64,000 nucleotides of DNA, from the NCBI GenBank assembly GCA_051532055.1, contig JAOPTX010000023.1:32001-96000 (forward strand), read 5' to 3'. This DNA is from Fibrobacterales bacterium. GTDB taxonomy: Bacteria; Fibrobacterota; Fibrobacteria; Fibrobacterales; JAOPTW01. The notes beneath the pieces are model-generated. The model did not search any database. It saw only the letters and a list, made by a program, of their open reading frames with translations, and was not told the DNA's origin. Numbering within the stretch: position 1 is the stretch's first letter; each line of letters opens with the position of its first letter. The position numbers were made by a program, and so were the translations under genes. Below are positions 1 to 10,497 of this stretch, in pieces.

Positions 1-1
1 T

Positions 2-1888
2 ATAAAGCATGAATGCGGTATTGTATTAATACGTCTCCTTAAACCCCTTCAATACTATCAGGAGAAATATGGGAGCGCCCTTTATGGACTAAACAAGCTC
101 TACCTCCTCATGGAAAAACAGCACAATCGAGGGCAAGATGGCGCAGGTATTGGCACTATCAAATTTGACCTCGAAGCAGGGCGTAACTATATCAACCGAT
201 ATAGAGCCAATGATTCACAGCCTATTAAAACAATTTTTAATAAAGTCTATTCAAAAATCGAGCAAGCTCATAGAAGTAGTCCCGAAGATTACAAAAATCC
301 AGAGTGGCTAAAACGCAATGCGCCATTTATTGGCGAACTTTACCTTGGGCACCTTCGATATGGCACCTATGGCAAGAACGACATCCGCTCATGCCACCCT
401 TTTATCCGTAAGAGTAATTGGAAGACCAGAAATTTCATGCTTGCAGGAAACTTTAATCTTACCAATGTTGATGAATTATTTAATCAACTCGTAGAGATTG
501 GGCAATACCCAAAAGAACGTAAAGACACTGTTACTGCTCTTGAAAAAATTGGCCACTTTATTGATATGGAAAATAACTCTCTCCATCATAAATACAATAA
601 AGAAGGCATACACAACAAAGATATTACTGCTCTTATTAGTCAGAATATGGATCTCCCTCGTATACTAAGTGAAGCAACCAAAAAATGGGATGGCGGCTAT
701 GCTATCTGTGGCATGCTCGGGCATGGAGACGCCTTTGTTATGCGCGACCCTGCAGGAATTAGACCAGCATTCTATTATCATGACGATGAAATTGCTATTG
801 TAACATCTGAACGCCCAGCAATACAAACGGCTCTGAATATTCAGACAGACCAAATAAAAGAGATCAAACCAGGACACGCCCTCATTATCAAGCGCAATGG
901 AGAGATCACCGAAAACAAAATAAAAGAGCCCCTACCTCCGGCCCCCTGTTCATTTGAGCGCATATACTTTTCAAGAGGGAGCGATAGAGACATTTACCAA
1001 GAACGAAAAATGCTTGGTAAACTCCTTGCGCCTTCTATTCTTAAATCGGTTAACTACGACATTGCGAATACAGTATTCTCATTTATTCCAAACACTGCGG
1101 AAACATCTTTCTACGGCGTAATAGAGGGGGTCAACGATTACATCAAAGGCCTTAAAAAAGAGAAACTCAAAGCAATCGAAGGTACACCCACCGACGAACA
1201 AATTGAAGAGATTTTGAGTCTCGAATGTAGAGTCGAAAAGGTAGCGATCAAAGATGCCAAACTCAGAACATTTATTACTCAAGATAATCAACGAGACGAT
1301 TTAGTTGAGCACGTTTACGACATTACTTATGGCTCTGTGAGACCGAACGACAATTTAGTACTTATTGACGACTCTATTGTTCGTGGAACAACTCTTAAAC
1401 AGAGTATTCTAAGAATTACGGACCGTCTACAACCTAAGAAAATTGTGATAGCCTCATCTGCTCCTCAAATTCGATATCCTGACTGCTATGGCATCGATAT
1501 GGCTCGTCTTGGTGACTTTGCTGCTTTTAAAGCAATGATAGCACTGAATAAAGAGAATGGCAAAGATGTACTCATACAAGAAGTATATAAGAAATGTAAG
1601 GCACAGCTTGCCCTCCCCAAAGAAGAGATTCAAAACTTCGTCAAAGACCTCTACAAGGACTTTACTGCAGAACAAATCTCTGCTAAAATTGCAGAACAAG
1701 TACGCCCGTATGATATCAATGCAGATGTTGAAATTGTATACCAAAGCATTGAAAACCTCCATGAAGCATGCCCCAACAATAAAGGCGACTGGTACTTTAC
1801 TGGTAACTACCCAACTCCGGGTGGAAACAAAGTAGTGAATCAATCGTATGTAAACTTTATTGAAGGACGCACCATTAGAGCATATTAA
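2..1888 (+). CDS. purF: amidophosphoribosyltransferase (long Bacteroidetes-like form), 5'-truncated by the window edge
   Basis: Frame is open from base 2 (IKHECGIVLIRLLKPLQYY...), giving the catalytic Cys upstream of the ORF-track Met; HNRGQDG, CSFERIYFSR, PRPP-binding VLIDDSIVRGTT and YPDCYGID motifs. Confidence 0.93.
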   Translation: MKHECGIVLIRLLKPLQYYQEKYGSALYGLNKLYLLMEKQHNRGQDGAGIGTIKFDLEAGRNYINRYRANDSQPIKTIFNKVYSKIEQAHRSSPEDYKNPEWLKRNAPFIGELYLGHLRYGTYGKNDIRSCHPFIRKSNWKTRNFMLAGNFNLTNVDELFNQLVEIGQYPKERKDTVTALEKIGHFIDMENNSLHHKYNKEGIHNKDITALISQNMDLPRILSEATKKWDGGYAICGMLGHGDAFVMRDPAGIRPAFYYHDDEIAIVTSERPAIQTALNIQTDQIKEIKPGHALIIKRNGEITENKIKEPLPPAPCSFERIYFSRGSDRDIYQERKMLGKLLAPSILKSVNYDIANTVFSFIPNTAETSFYGVIEGVNDYIKGLKKEKLKAIEGTPTDEQIEEILSLECRVEKVAIKDAKLRTFITQDNQRDDLVEHVYDITYGSVRPNDNLVLIDDSIVRGTTLKQSILRITDRLQPKKIVIASSAPQIRYPDCYGIDMARLGDFAAFKAMIALNKENGKDVLIQEVYKKCKAQLALPKEEIQNFVKDLYKDFTAEQISAKIAEQVRPYDINADVEIVYQSIENLHEACPNNKGDWYFTGNYPTPGGNKVVNQSYVNFIEGRTIRAY

Positions 1889-1898
1889 GATAAACTAA

Positions 1899-1956
1899 CA
1901 CAAGATTGAAGCCTGGGCTACCAACGAGTGGTACGGGTTCAGCCTTCAATCTTGTG
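1899..1956. repeat. long imperfect inverted repeat after purF (terminator or REP-like element)
   Basis: CACAAGATTGAAG (1899-1911) is the perfect reverse complement of CTTCAATCTTGTG (1944-1956); inner arms CTGGGC/GTTCAG and TACCA/TGGTA. Confidence 0.7.
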
Positions 1957-2018
1957 ACTTAAGGCTCTCTCAGAAAATTCATACAACGACCTGAATAGAT
2001 TTTCCTATCTTTTTTGAT

Positions 2019-2933
2019 ATGAAACAGGGATGGCATACCTCAATACATATTACACTTTATACGCTGGCTATGGGAATGACTATAACCTTGCTCGTGCTAT
2101 GGAATGTTTATCTAGTCAGTGACTATGACACCGTCAAAGAACTCCTTGGAGATCGATACAAGGATTCAACTCGATGGGTGGTCTTGGCGCTTGGATGTAC
2201 TTTTTTTGCCCTCATCATGATGGTAATCTCTATATATTTTGCTTCAATTGTTCGAAATAAACGATTCTTAAAACTCCAACAACATTTTGTTAATTTAACG
2301 ACTCATGAGCTAAAAACTCCGCTCTCTACAATTTTGCTCTTTTCTCAGACAATTTTAGATCGCGACCCTCCAAAGGAGAAGACAGAAGAGTTTGTGCAGC
2401 ACATCCATACTGAGACCACTTACCTCTCTGAACTTGTTTCCAAGCTCCTTGAAGCGCGAGTCATGGACAACCAGAAGTCACACCTCTCATTTACAGCCAT
2501 GAACCTCAAGGAGGTTCTTCACCAAAGCATGGACCGATACAAACGGGAGTATACTCTTACCATTCCCGACTATATCTCAGTTGCTGTGGACTCATTTTAC
2601 TTCCCCTTAGCCATTAGTAATATCCTTGCAAATGCTGATAAATACGCCCCCGATGGACGTGTTGATATAAAAGCCACTATTACTAAAAGACGATGTAAAT
2701 TGAGTATTTCTGACCAAGGAACAGGGCTTCAAGAAAAAGAGCTCAAGAAAATATTCAACCGTTTTTATCAAACAAAAAAAGTGGTCACCCATTATAAACG
2801 CGGTGTTGGGCTAGGACTTTTTTTGGTAAAAGAGATAATACGTATGCACAAAGGCACTGTTCGCGCCTACAATAACACCCCAGGAACCGGACTCACAATT
2901 GAAATAACCCTCCCAATGGTAACCCAGCAATGA
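2019..2933 (+). CDS. membrane sensor histidine kinase
   Basis: Two N-terminal TM segments; H-box THELKTPL, N-box NILANADKY, DQGTG and GVGLGL boxes. Confidence 0.93.
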   Translation: MKQGWHTSIHITLYTLAMGMTITLLVLWNVYLVSDYDTVKELLGDRYKDSTRWVVLALGCTFFALIMMVISIYFASIVRNKRFLKLQQHFVNLTTHELKTPLSTILLFSQTILDRDPPKEKTEEFVQHIHTETTYLSELVSKLLEARVMDNQKSHLSFTAMNLKEVLHQSMDRYKREYTLTIPDYISVAVDSFYFPLAISNILANADKYAPDGRVDIKATITKRRCKLSISDQGTGLQEKELKKIFNRFYQTKKVVTHYKRGVGLGLFLVKEIIRMHKGTVRAYNNTPGTGLTIEITLPMVTQQ

Positions 2934-3634
2934 GCAATGAAAAAATACTTCTTGTAGAAGATGATGCAAACATGGCTATTGCCCTTAAATTTAATCTTGA
3001 TATGGAAGGGTGGGATGTAGATCATGTCGTCAGTGCCGAAGAAGCTATGGCCCTTATTCCAAGAAATGATTATAGTCTCTTAATTCTCGATATAATGCTC
3101 CCTGGAATATCTGGTGTTGAGCTTCTTAAACAGTTTCGATCACACAACAAGATTTTACCAGTCATTATGACTTCAGCCAAAGATAGTAACGAGGATATTG
3201 TTGAAGCCCTCAAGCTCGGTGCCGATGACTACATAACAAAACCTTTTGATCTTAAAGTATTTATTGCAAAGGTTACTGCAATGATGCGCAGTAGAAAGCT
3301 TCTTTCTCCACAAGCAGATCAACAAACCCCTTCTAAAGTACTATTTGCAAACTGCTGGATTGACTTTACCACTTCAATGGCAGGAAATAATGAGGAAGAG
3401 TTTAGACTCAGCTATAAAGAAACACTTATAATGAAACTCCTCGTAGAGAGTAAAGGCACTGTTGTGAGTCGTGATGATTTTTGGAAAAAAATATGGGGAG
3501 CAGAGACCTCGCTCAACTCTCGAACCCTCGACAACTTCATGTATCAACTTCGGAAGAGATTTGAAGTGAACCCCTCAAAACCTAAACATATTCTTAAAGC
3601 TCACGGCGAAGGGTATCGTTTTATTCAAGAGTAA
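2930..3634 (+). CDS. OmpR/PhoB-family response regulator
   Basis: LLVEDD, LDIMLP, GADDYITKPF receiver motifs; C-terminal winged helix (SRTLDNFMYQLRKRF...GEGYRF); ATGA overlap with the kinase. Confidence 0.95.
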   Translation: MSNEKILLVEDDANMAIALKFNLDMEGWDVDHVVSAEEAMALIPRNDYSLLILDIMLPGISGVELLKQFRSHNKILPVIMTSAKDSNEDIVEALKLGADDYITKPFDLKVFIAKVTAMMRSRKLLSPQADQQTPSKVLFANCWIDFTTSMAGNNEEEFRLSYKETLIMKLLVESKGTVVSRDDFWKKIWGAETSLNSRTLDNFMYQLRKRFEVNPSKPKHILKAHGEGYRFIQE

Positions 3635-3649
3635 TTTTTAGAGGTATTA

Positions 3650-4240
3650 TTAAATATTTTCTACTTGTATTTTCCCGATGAGAACTGATACTTGATCCTG
3701 TAGTAATTCAAAGCTCCCAGAATTATGTATTATGTAATCACCAAATGGGATTTTCTCATCTTGCGACATCTGCGAACTTATTCGGCTTAAGGCTTCAACT
3801 TCAGAAAGGTTATTCCTCCTTTGTAATCGTTCACACCGAAGGTCATCATCACAGGTAACCACAACAAGCGCATCAAAATACTCTTGCACCTCCCACTCAA
3901 TAATCAATGCAGCATCTAATACAACATCTTCACCCATTTTGGAGAATACTTTAAAGTGAATATACTGCATTAATTTTGGATGCACAATTGTATTAAGCTG
4001 TGTTAGCTTTGCCCCATCAGAAAAAACAATAGCTCCAAGCTCTGTTCTATTAAGAGTTCCATCTGAATTAAGTATTTGAGTACCGAATGTTTGCCCTAGC
4101 TGACCCACTAACTCACTATTATTTTCGTAGAGTTCGTGGGCAAGAGTATCTGCATCGAACACAGTAAACCCAGCTTTTGCAAAACCTTTTGCTACTTCAG
4201 ATTTACCCGACGCAATGTTTCCTGTTATTCCAATAATCAT
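3650..4240 (-). CDS. coaE: dephospho-CoA kinase
   Basis: IIGITGNIASGKS P-loop, DAD, LNTIVHP; downstream of polA as commonly seen. Confidence 0.93.
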   Translation of the reverse strand: MIIGITGNIASGKSEVAKGFAKAGFTVFDADTLAHELYENNSELVGQLGQTFGTQILNSDGTLNRTELGAIVFSDGAKLTQLNTIVHPKLMQYIHFKVFSKMGEDVVLDAALIIEWEVQEYFDALVVVTCDDDLRCERLQRRNNLSEVEALSRISSQMSQDEKIPFGDYIIHNSGSFELLQDQVSVLIGKIQVENI

Positions 4241-4264
4241 AGGTTATTCTCAGTACTTATTTGT

Positions 4265-6976
4265 TTAATGGGCTTGTAGCCAGTTGGAACCTTCACCAAT
4301 CTCTACCGTAAGGGGAACATCGAGTATAACTGCCTTCTCCATTTCTCGTTGAATAATTTCTTTTGCAGCAACAAGATCACTCTTAGCAATCTCAAACACT
4401 AATTCATCATGCACCTGAAGTAACATTTGAATATCTAGGGATGACTCTTTGAGTACAGCGTCGAGATTAATCATTGCCTTTTTAATGATACCCGCAGCAG
4501 TGCCTTGTACTGCTGTACTCACTGCCATTCGTTCAGCACCATTTCGAATGTTTCCATTCTCTGAGTTAAGATCTGGAATATGTCTTCGATGCCCAAAAAG
4601 TGTCTCAACATACTCGTTAGTACGGCCTTTATTCACAACAGCAGCGATATATTCTGTCACATATTCGTAGTGATTAAAATAGTTATCGATAAACTCCTGT
4701 GCTTGAAACCGCGTGATTCCAAGGTCATTTGACAAACGGAAAGCAGACATACCATAGAGAACACCAAAGTTGATCACCTTTGCTTGCCGACGCATCTCTG
4801 GAGCCACTTGCTCCTCAGTCACCTCATACAGTGCCGCGGCAGTTTGCGTGTGAATATCAGCACCTTCTTGATAGGCTTTTTTAAGCTCCGGATCACCACT
4901 CAAATGAGCAAGAACGCGGAGTTCAATTTGTGAGTAATCAGCAGCAACGATAATATGATCATCATCGGATGCAACAAATGCTTTACGAATCTCTTTACCC
5001 TGTTCAGTACGAACGGGGATATTTTGCAAATTAGGATTAACACTTGAAAGACGGCCTGTTGCTGCAATGATCTGATTGTAAGATGTATGGATTTTCTGCG
5101 AGTGTTTAGCTACTAAACTTGGTAACACATCGACATAGGTATTTTTTAACTTACTCAACTCTCGATATTCTAGAATTAATTTAACAATATCAAACTCTTG
5201 CAGCTTTTCTAGAACTGACGCATTGGTTGACCAGCCGGTTTTTGTTTTTTTCCCATGAGGGAGTTCAAGTTTTTCAAAAAGTATGACTGACATCTGTTTA
5301 GGAGATGCGATATTAAATTCTTCACCTGCTAACAGATATATCTCTCCTTCAAGTTCTTCGATCCTATCAGCGAGCTTATCAGAAAGATGTGATAAATGGA
5401 CGGTATCAACAGAAATACCTCTCCCTTCCATATCGAGTAGCACTGGGAGGAGTGGAAGCTCTATTTCATAAAAAGGCTGAGTCAGTTCTTTTACTTCAAG
5501 TTCTTTCTCTAACACATTCCATAGCCGCAATGTAAATACCGCATCTTCAGCCGAATACGTATACGCATCTTGTGCTGTGAGCTCACAAAAAGTGATTTGA
5601 CTTTTACCTTTACCTATAAGCGACTCAATAGGAATCATAGAATGGCCGAGGCGCTGCTTCACCTGTGCATCAAGGCTATGCTCTCTCACACCTGGGTTTA
5701 AGAGATATGACGCAATCATAGTGTCAACATAGGGAGCTGTGACAGGAAACTCATTTGTTCTGAAAACCCCTAAATCATACTTGGCGTTGTGAAATACTAA
5801 TTTCTTAGATTGATCATTCAGCACAGCACTCAATGCAGTCCTCACAACATCAAGAGACAAACAGTGAGAGTCTTTATGGTTTATTGCCACATAAAACCCA
5901 TATTCTTCACTCACACTGAAGCAAATCCCCGCTATCTCTGCTTCATACGGGTTAAGGGATGAGGTCTCTGTATCGACAGCTATAACCGAAGCGCTTTTTA
6001 ATACTGTTACTAGCGCACTCAGGCTCTGCTCTGAATCAATCAATTGGTACTGCGCCTCTTTAACTACCATTGGTATAGCTGGCACATCTTCTTCAACTAC
6101 TTTATCGAGTACTTTTTTAAATGCTCTATTGAGTGATTGCAGCTCAAAACGATCAATAAAATCACCAATAACCGCACCATTTAATCCACTGTATTCTAAA
6201 TCATCAAGGGTTTCATCAATCACAACTTCAGTAGCGAGAGTTACCAGTTTTTGAGAGAGTAATGCTAGTTCATGGTTATTACTCAAATTTGCATTGAGTG
6301 CTTTCGCCTTAATATTGTCGAGGTTTTCATAAATGCCTTCAAGGGAACCGTACTCTAGGAGGAGCTTGGCTGCAGTCTTAATTCCTACTTTCGGAACTCC
6401 TGGAATATTATCCGCTGCATCACCCATGAGTGCCAAAAGATCCCTGACTTGTTCTGGAGGAACCCCCATTTTATTCTCTACATAAGGGGTATCCATAATC
6501 GTATTTGCCACGCCCGCTTTTTCGAGGTTAAACATACAGATATTCTCATCAACGAGCTGCATTAAATCTTTATCTTTAGAATCAATAAAAACCTTGTAGC
6601 CCTCTTTACCAGCATTCAATGCTACAGTAGCTATAACATCATCTGCCTCATAGCCCGCTTTACTCAGAACAGGTATACCACAGATCTCTAGAAACTCATT
6701 AAGATACCCAATCTGAGTTCTCATATCATCGGGCATAGGAGGGCGGTGTGCTTTGTACTCTTCGTACATCTCTTTTCTAAAATCTTTTTCAGGCCTATCA
6801 GTTACAATGGCGAGGTGGGTCACATCAAGTTCATTAATTACACGAAAAAGGTGACTAATATACCCATAGAGTACCGAAGTAAATTCCTCTTTCGAGTTTA
6901 CTAGGGGATTATTGATAAATGCATAGTATGACCGGAAGGCAATTGCATAAGAGTCAATCAATACAAGGTTTTTCAT
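4265..6976 (-). CDS. polA: DNA polymerase I
   Basis: 5'-3' exonuclease (EADD, GDAADNIPGVPKVG), 3'-5' exonuclease (DTET, HNAKYD), polymerase motifs TGRLSSVNPNLQNIP, ADYSQIELR, QVHDELVFE. Confidence 0.98.
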   Translation of the reverse strand: MKNLVLIDSYAIAFRSYYAFINNPLVNSKEEFTSVLYGYISHLFRVINELDVTHLAIVTDRPEKDFRKEMYEEYKAHRPPMPDDMRTQIGYLNEFLEICGIPVLSKAGYEADDVIATVALNAGKEGYKVFIDSKDKDLMQLVDENICMFNLEKAGVANTIMDTPYVENKMGVPPEQVRDLLALMGDAADNIPGVPKVGIKTAAKLLLEYGSLEGIYENLDNIKAKALNANLSNNHELALLSQKLVTLATEVVIDETLDDLEYSGLNGAVIGDFIDRFELQSLNRAFKKVLDKVVEEDVPAIPMVVKEAQYQLIDSEQSLSALVTVLKSASVIAVDTETSSLNPYEAEIAGICFSVSEEYGFYVAINHKDSHCLSLDVVRTALSAVLNDQSKKLVFHNAKYDLGVFRTNEFPVTAPYVDTMIASYLLNPGVREHSLDAQVKQRLGHSMIPIESLIGKGKSQITFCELTAQDAYTYSAEDAVFTLRLWNVLEKELEVKELTQPFYEIELPLLPVLLDMEGRGISVDTVHLSHLSDKLADRIEELEGEIYLLAGEEFNIASPKQMSVILFEKLELPHGKKTKTGWSTNASVLEKLQEFDIVKLILEYRELSKLKNTYVDVLPSLVAKHSQKIHTSYNQIIAATGRLSSVNPNLQNIPVRTEQGKEIRKAFVASDDDHIIVAADYSQIELRVLAHLSGDPELKKAYQEGADIHTQTAAALYEVTEEQVAPEMRRQAKVINFGVLYGMSAFRLSNDLGITRFQAQEFIDNYFNHYEYVTEYIAAVVNKGRTNEYVETLFGHRRHIPDLNSENGNIRNGAERMAVSTAVQGTAAGIIKKAMINLDAVLKESSLDIQMLLQVHDELVFEIAKSDLVAAKEIIQREMEKAVILDVPLTVEIGEGSNWLQAH

Positions 6977-7120
6977 ACTTCCTCAATTTTAGGCTAAAAT
7001 CACTGAAATTTGTGCGATTATTGTGGATTCAATATAGAAAAATGGGTATGATATACATAATGGCGAGTATATTTTCTAGCAAATACTCTACTTAAATACA
7101 ACCTGCACCCTGAGCATCAA

Positions 7121-8926
7121 ATGAGATATTCCACTCCTGCATTTCTAATTTTTCTTTTAGTTATTTTAGCGACCTTATCACATGCCCTCCCTTCTGACAC
7201 CATACTCGACTTGCGACACCCAGTCATTCAAACCCAAAATGAAGCCAACGTTATTGACGGTTGGCAAATGCTCTTTTTTGTTATTGGCGGCATGGGAATA
7301 TTTTTAATGGGCATGAGCTTTATGCGTGATGGGCTCCAAATTGTTTCTGGAGCCAAACTCAGAAAACTTATCGCCAAAGCGACCAACAATCGAATTCTTG
7401 CAACACTCGTTGGATTTATCGTAACCACCATTGCACAGTCGAGTACCGTCACCACGGTCATAGCAATCGGCTTTGTTAACAGTGGACTCATGACCCTCAA
7501 ACAATCATTTGGCATTATTATTGGTGCAAACGTTGGCACAACTGTCACTGGTTGGCTCATCGCTCTAAACATAGGAAGATTTGGTCTCCCCATTTTAGGA
7601 ATCGCCTCACTCTTTTATCTCTTCTCTAAAAAGGAGAAGCTAAAATATATCGCACTTGCCATTGCCGGCGTTGGAATGATTTTCTTTGGTATTGAACTTA
7701 TGAAAAATGGACTCAAGCCAGTGAGATCACTCCCAGAATTTTACGCGTGGTTTACAGTAATCGACGCAGCATCTCTTGCCTATACTGACATCATTCTCGC
7801 CGCCACAATTGGGTGCATACTTACAATGATGGTACATTCCTCTGCTGCCGTCCTTGCAATCACCATCAGCATGGCCGGATCCGGCATGCTCAACTTTGAG
7901 ACGTCCGTCGCACTTATACTCGGCCAAAATATTGGAACAACAATTACCGCGTTTATGGCATCCATAGGGGCATCTACAAATGCGCGACGCGCCTCAATGT
8001 TTCACATTGCCTTTAATGTTCTTGGGGCACTGTGGGTTATTATTATTTTTAAGTATTATCTAATTGCCGTTGAATCCATTCTCACATTCCTGGGTATGTG
8101 GGACACCATTGGCATAGAAGGCCAGCTCGCAGCAAGCCACACAATCTTTAACATTATAAATACCATTATCTTTTTACCTCTTACTACATACTTTGGCGTC
8201 TATCTTAAAAAAATTGTCAAAGATAAAACCAAAAAACAAAATGCTATCACCCAACTCGACTATCAACTTCTTTCTTCAAGCTATGCAGCCATAACACAAA
8301 GCCAGCATGAAATAACCAAAATGGCACGAGTTGCAAAAAAAATGTTTTACAAACTAAGGACAATTTTAGAAGCCAAAGAGGACACGTCAAAAGAGTACCA
8401 ATACATATTGAATAGAGAAGAGGATCTTGATACAGTACAACAGGAGATAACCGCTTTTTTAACCGAACTCCTTGGCGGACAACAGGCCAAAAAAGTTGCA
8501 GAAGCCGGTAAAGACCAAATTAGACTCGCAGACGAACTTGAGTCAGTGAGTGACTACATTGCCTTTATTGCTCGAAATAGAGCACGCCTTGATGAACAGG
8601 GCCTCCATTTAAGTACTGGTCAACGCAACGAAATTCTCGACCTCCATGAGCGGGTAATGAAATACTTTAAACGAGTAATTAAAATTAAAGCTGAAAACCA
8701 GACAAGGGACTATCTTAACCAGACAAAGGCCATAAGTACCGATATCAGTGATCACGTTCTTAAACTACGAGAGATGCACTGGCACCGAATCGAAGAACGA
8801 AAAATCGATCCACTCCTTACTACCGCATACATGGATATTATCCAAGCCTATCGTAAAATAAAAAATCATCTGAAAAATGTCGTCTCTGTCCGTACGACCG
8901 GTAACTACGAAAAACTAGAAGAATAA
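7121..8926 (+). CDS. Na/Pi cotransporter family protein with PhoU-like C-terminus
   Basis: Repeats QSSTVTT...GANVGTT and HSSAA...GQNIGTT; helical C-terminal domain with DELESVSD. Confidence 0.9.
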   Translation: MRYSTPAFLIFLLVILATLSHALPSDTILDLRHPVIQTQNEANVIDGWQMLFFVIGGMGIFLMGMSFMRDGLQIVSGAKLRKLIAKATNNRILATLVGFIVTTIAQSSTVTTVIAIGFVNSGLMTLKQSFGIIIGANVGTTVTGWLIALNIGRFGLPILGIASLFYLFSKKEKLKYIALAIAGVGMIFFGIELMKNGLKPVRSLPEFYAWFTVIDAASLAYTDIILAATIGCILTMMVHSSAAVLAITISMAGSGMLNFETSVALILGQNIGTTITAFMASIGASTNARRASMFHIAFNVLGALWVIIIFKYYLIAVESILTFLGMWDTIGIEGQLAASHTIFNIINTIIFLPLTTYFGVYLKKIVKDKTKKQNAITQLDYQLLSSSYAAITQSQHEITKMARVAKKMFYKLRTILEAKEDTSKEYQYILNREEDLDTVQQEITAFLTELLGGQQAKKVAEAGKDQIRLADELESVSDYIAFIARNRARLDEQGLHLSTGQRNEILDLHERVMKYFKRVIKIKAENQTRDYLNQTKAISTDISDHVLKLREMHWHRIEERKIDPLLTTAYMDIIQAYRKIKNHLKNVVSVRTTGNYEKLEE

Positions 8927-8961
8927 GGTATCCTCAACAATACTTTAAGATAGAGGATACC
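8927..8961. terminator. hairpin between convergent genes
   Basis: GGTATCCTC ... GAGGATACC 9-bp inverted repeat; no clear U-tract. Confidence 0.45.
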
Positions 8962-8984
8962 ATACCTAAAAACCCTACTTAATG

Positions 8985-9329
8985 TTAATAAAGCGAGATA
9001 TACTGTAGCTTGCAAAAGCCATGATCAGTAATACTCAAATCAACCCCTACCTCTACTGTTTTATCAGAACTTTTTGCAGCCATGATTATTGAGTGAGCAT
9101 AAGTATCTTCATTATTGATCATTACCATTGACTTGTCGTCAGTTTTTTTACACCCAGGCAATTCTTTATCAATCAATATCCATGACTTACCACTCCAGTC
9201 AGGTAATGCTATATCAGTTGCGTGATATCTATATTTCACAATTTTTGCGTTATCTGCTTGCACGTAGGCACTCGCAATAGATGTAGCAAGCAGAATAGAA
9301 GAGAATAAAATTTTTGTTAACATTTTCAT
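8985..9329 (-). CDS. small secreted hypothetical protein
   Basis: Signal peptide (MLTKILFSSILLATSIASA), two Cys, AGGA RBS upstream. Confidence 0.7.
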   Translation of the reverse strand: MKMLTKILFSSILLATSIASAYVQADNAKIVKYRYHATDIALPDWSGKSWILIDKELPGCKKTDDKSMVMINNEDTYAHSIIMAAKSSDKTVEVGVDLSITDHGFCKLQYISLY

Positions 9330-9509
9330 AAATAGTTCCTTTTTAAGTTTGTATGAAATAAGACTGATTATTAATCAGTGATGAAAAAATTATAAAATAC
9401 ATTATAATCACAACTAGCTCCAAAGTACAAATAACACAATAATGTTCACGTTTTGTGAACAAATAATTACTCAGCGAAACATCTCAAGACTATAAAGGAG
9501 CAATCAAAT

Positions 9510-9706
9510 ATTGAATTAAACTATCAAGCTGTAAAGCTCACATGCATTGGCGCATTATAAATACGTCAATGCAGTTCAAGGCAATAGAACTAAATTCAAT
9601 TTTTGGATGAGAATTATCGAGATGTGAGGAGAAGCAATCAAGAGCGTATTACGATACGCCGAAGGAGCTACAACGAAGCAGATTGATGATTATAATCCAA
9701 AATTTA
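9510..9706. repeat. two tandem structured palindromic elements (MITE/REP-like)
   Basis: Element 1 bounded by ATTGAATT/AATTCAAT (9510-9600); element 2 bounded by TTTTGGAT/ATCCAAAA (9601-9702); similar central hairpin cores. Confidence 0.55.
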
Positions 9707-10021
9707 GCAGGGCTCTACTTCGGAATTCATGCTCCCCACTGAGCGAAGCATGCGATGGTCCGCGCCATAGCCATTGACTTTATTACGGACTTTTTGACAC
9801 TCATCCTTTGACCCATAATTAACAATAGAGCGTCCCGTCAAATCAACTTCGACGGTACACTTAAATGCCTGACTCTTTGAAAGATTACAGCACTTTGTGA
9901 GCATTTCAACGACATACTCATAGGTATGGTCTTCATCATTATAGAGGACGACCTTAAAATTACGCTGACTTTTAGTTTGATCTTCTACAAGTATATCGCT
10001 ATCGTTATGTAACTGTTCCAT
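9704..10021 (-). CDS. clpS: ATP-dependent Clp protease adaptor ClpS
   Basis: FKVVLYNDEDHTYEYVVEML...EVDLTGRSIV ClpS signature. Confidence 0.88.
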   Translation of the reverse strand: MEQLHNDSDILVEDQTKSQRNFKVVLYNDEDHTYEYVVEMLTKCCNLSKSQAFKCTVEVDLTGRSIVNYGSKDECQKVRNKVNGYGADHRMLRSVGSMNSEVEPC

Positions 10022-10029
10022 AGTTGTGT

Positions 10030-10470
10030 CTAAAAAAAGTATCGTATTCCGATACCCCCCATAAGATCAAATCCTACATCAGGTATCAATGAAAGTGCAG
10101 GTACCACTTCGGCAAAAAGATCAACAGGATGTTGAGGGAACTGATAGGCCACTCCACACTTTACTCGTGCAGCCAGCCAAGGATTTTTCTGAAACGCCAC
10201 CGCAATCCCGGGCCCAACGAAAACAGGGAGATTAAAAGTAGGGAGTTGTAATTCAGTCATTTTGATTGCATAATCAACTTGGGTCATAAATACATTCTGT
10301 GAAAACGACCAACTTACAGCCCCATCAAATGCATGACTGTCTGACCCCCAATACCGAATAGAAATCCCCGTTGGCTCACCAAAAACAACTCCTACTCCTA
10401 ATTTTTTTGAGGGAGCGCTTTCAGCTGATAGTGTCGCAACCATAAGAAGCAATAATACTATGTTCTTCAT
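10030..10470 (-). CDS. small outer-membrane beta-barrel-like protein
   Basis: Signal peptide, LGVGVVFGEPTGIS start, amphipathic strands, C-terminal GIGIRYFF. Confidence 0.7.
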   Translation of the reverse strand: MKNIVLLLLMVATLSAESAPSKKLGVGVVFGEPTGISIRYWGSDSHAFDGAVSWSFSQNVFMTQVDYAIKMTELQLPTFNLPVFVGPGIAVAFQKNPWLAARVKCGVAYQFPQHPVDLFAEVVPALSLIPDVGFDLMGGIGIRYFF

Positions 10471-10497
10471 TCATCAATCCTAATTAAAATTTTTAAT

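Noticed and set aside
110..112. ORF-track Met as the purF start, implying loss of the catalytic Cys
   Set aside because: The frame is open to the window edge and encodes KHECG; the gene is simply truncated by the window
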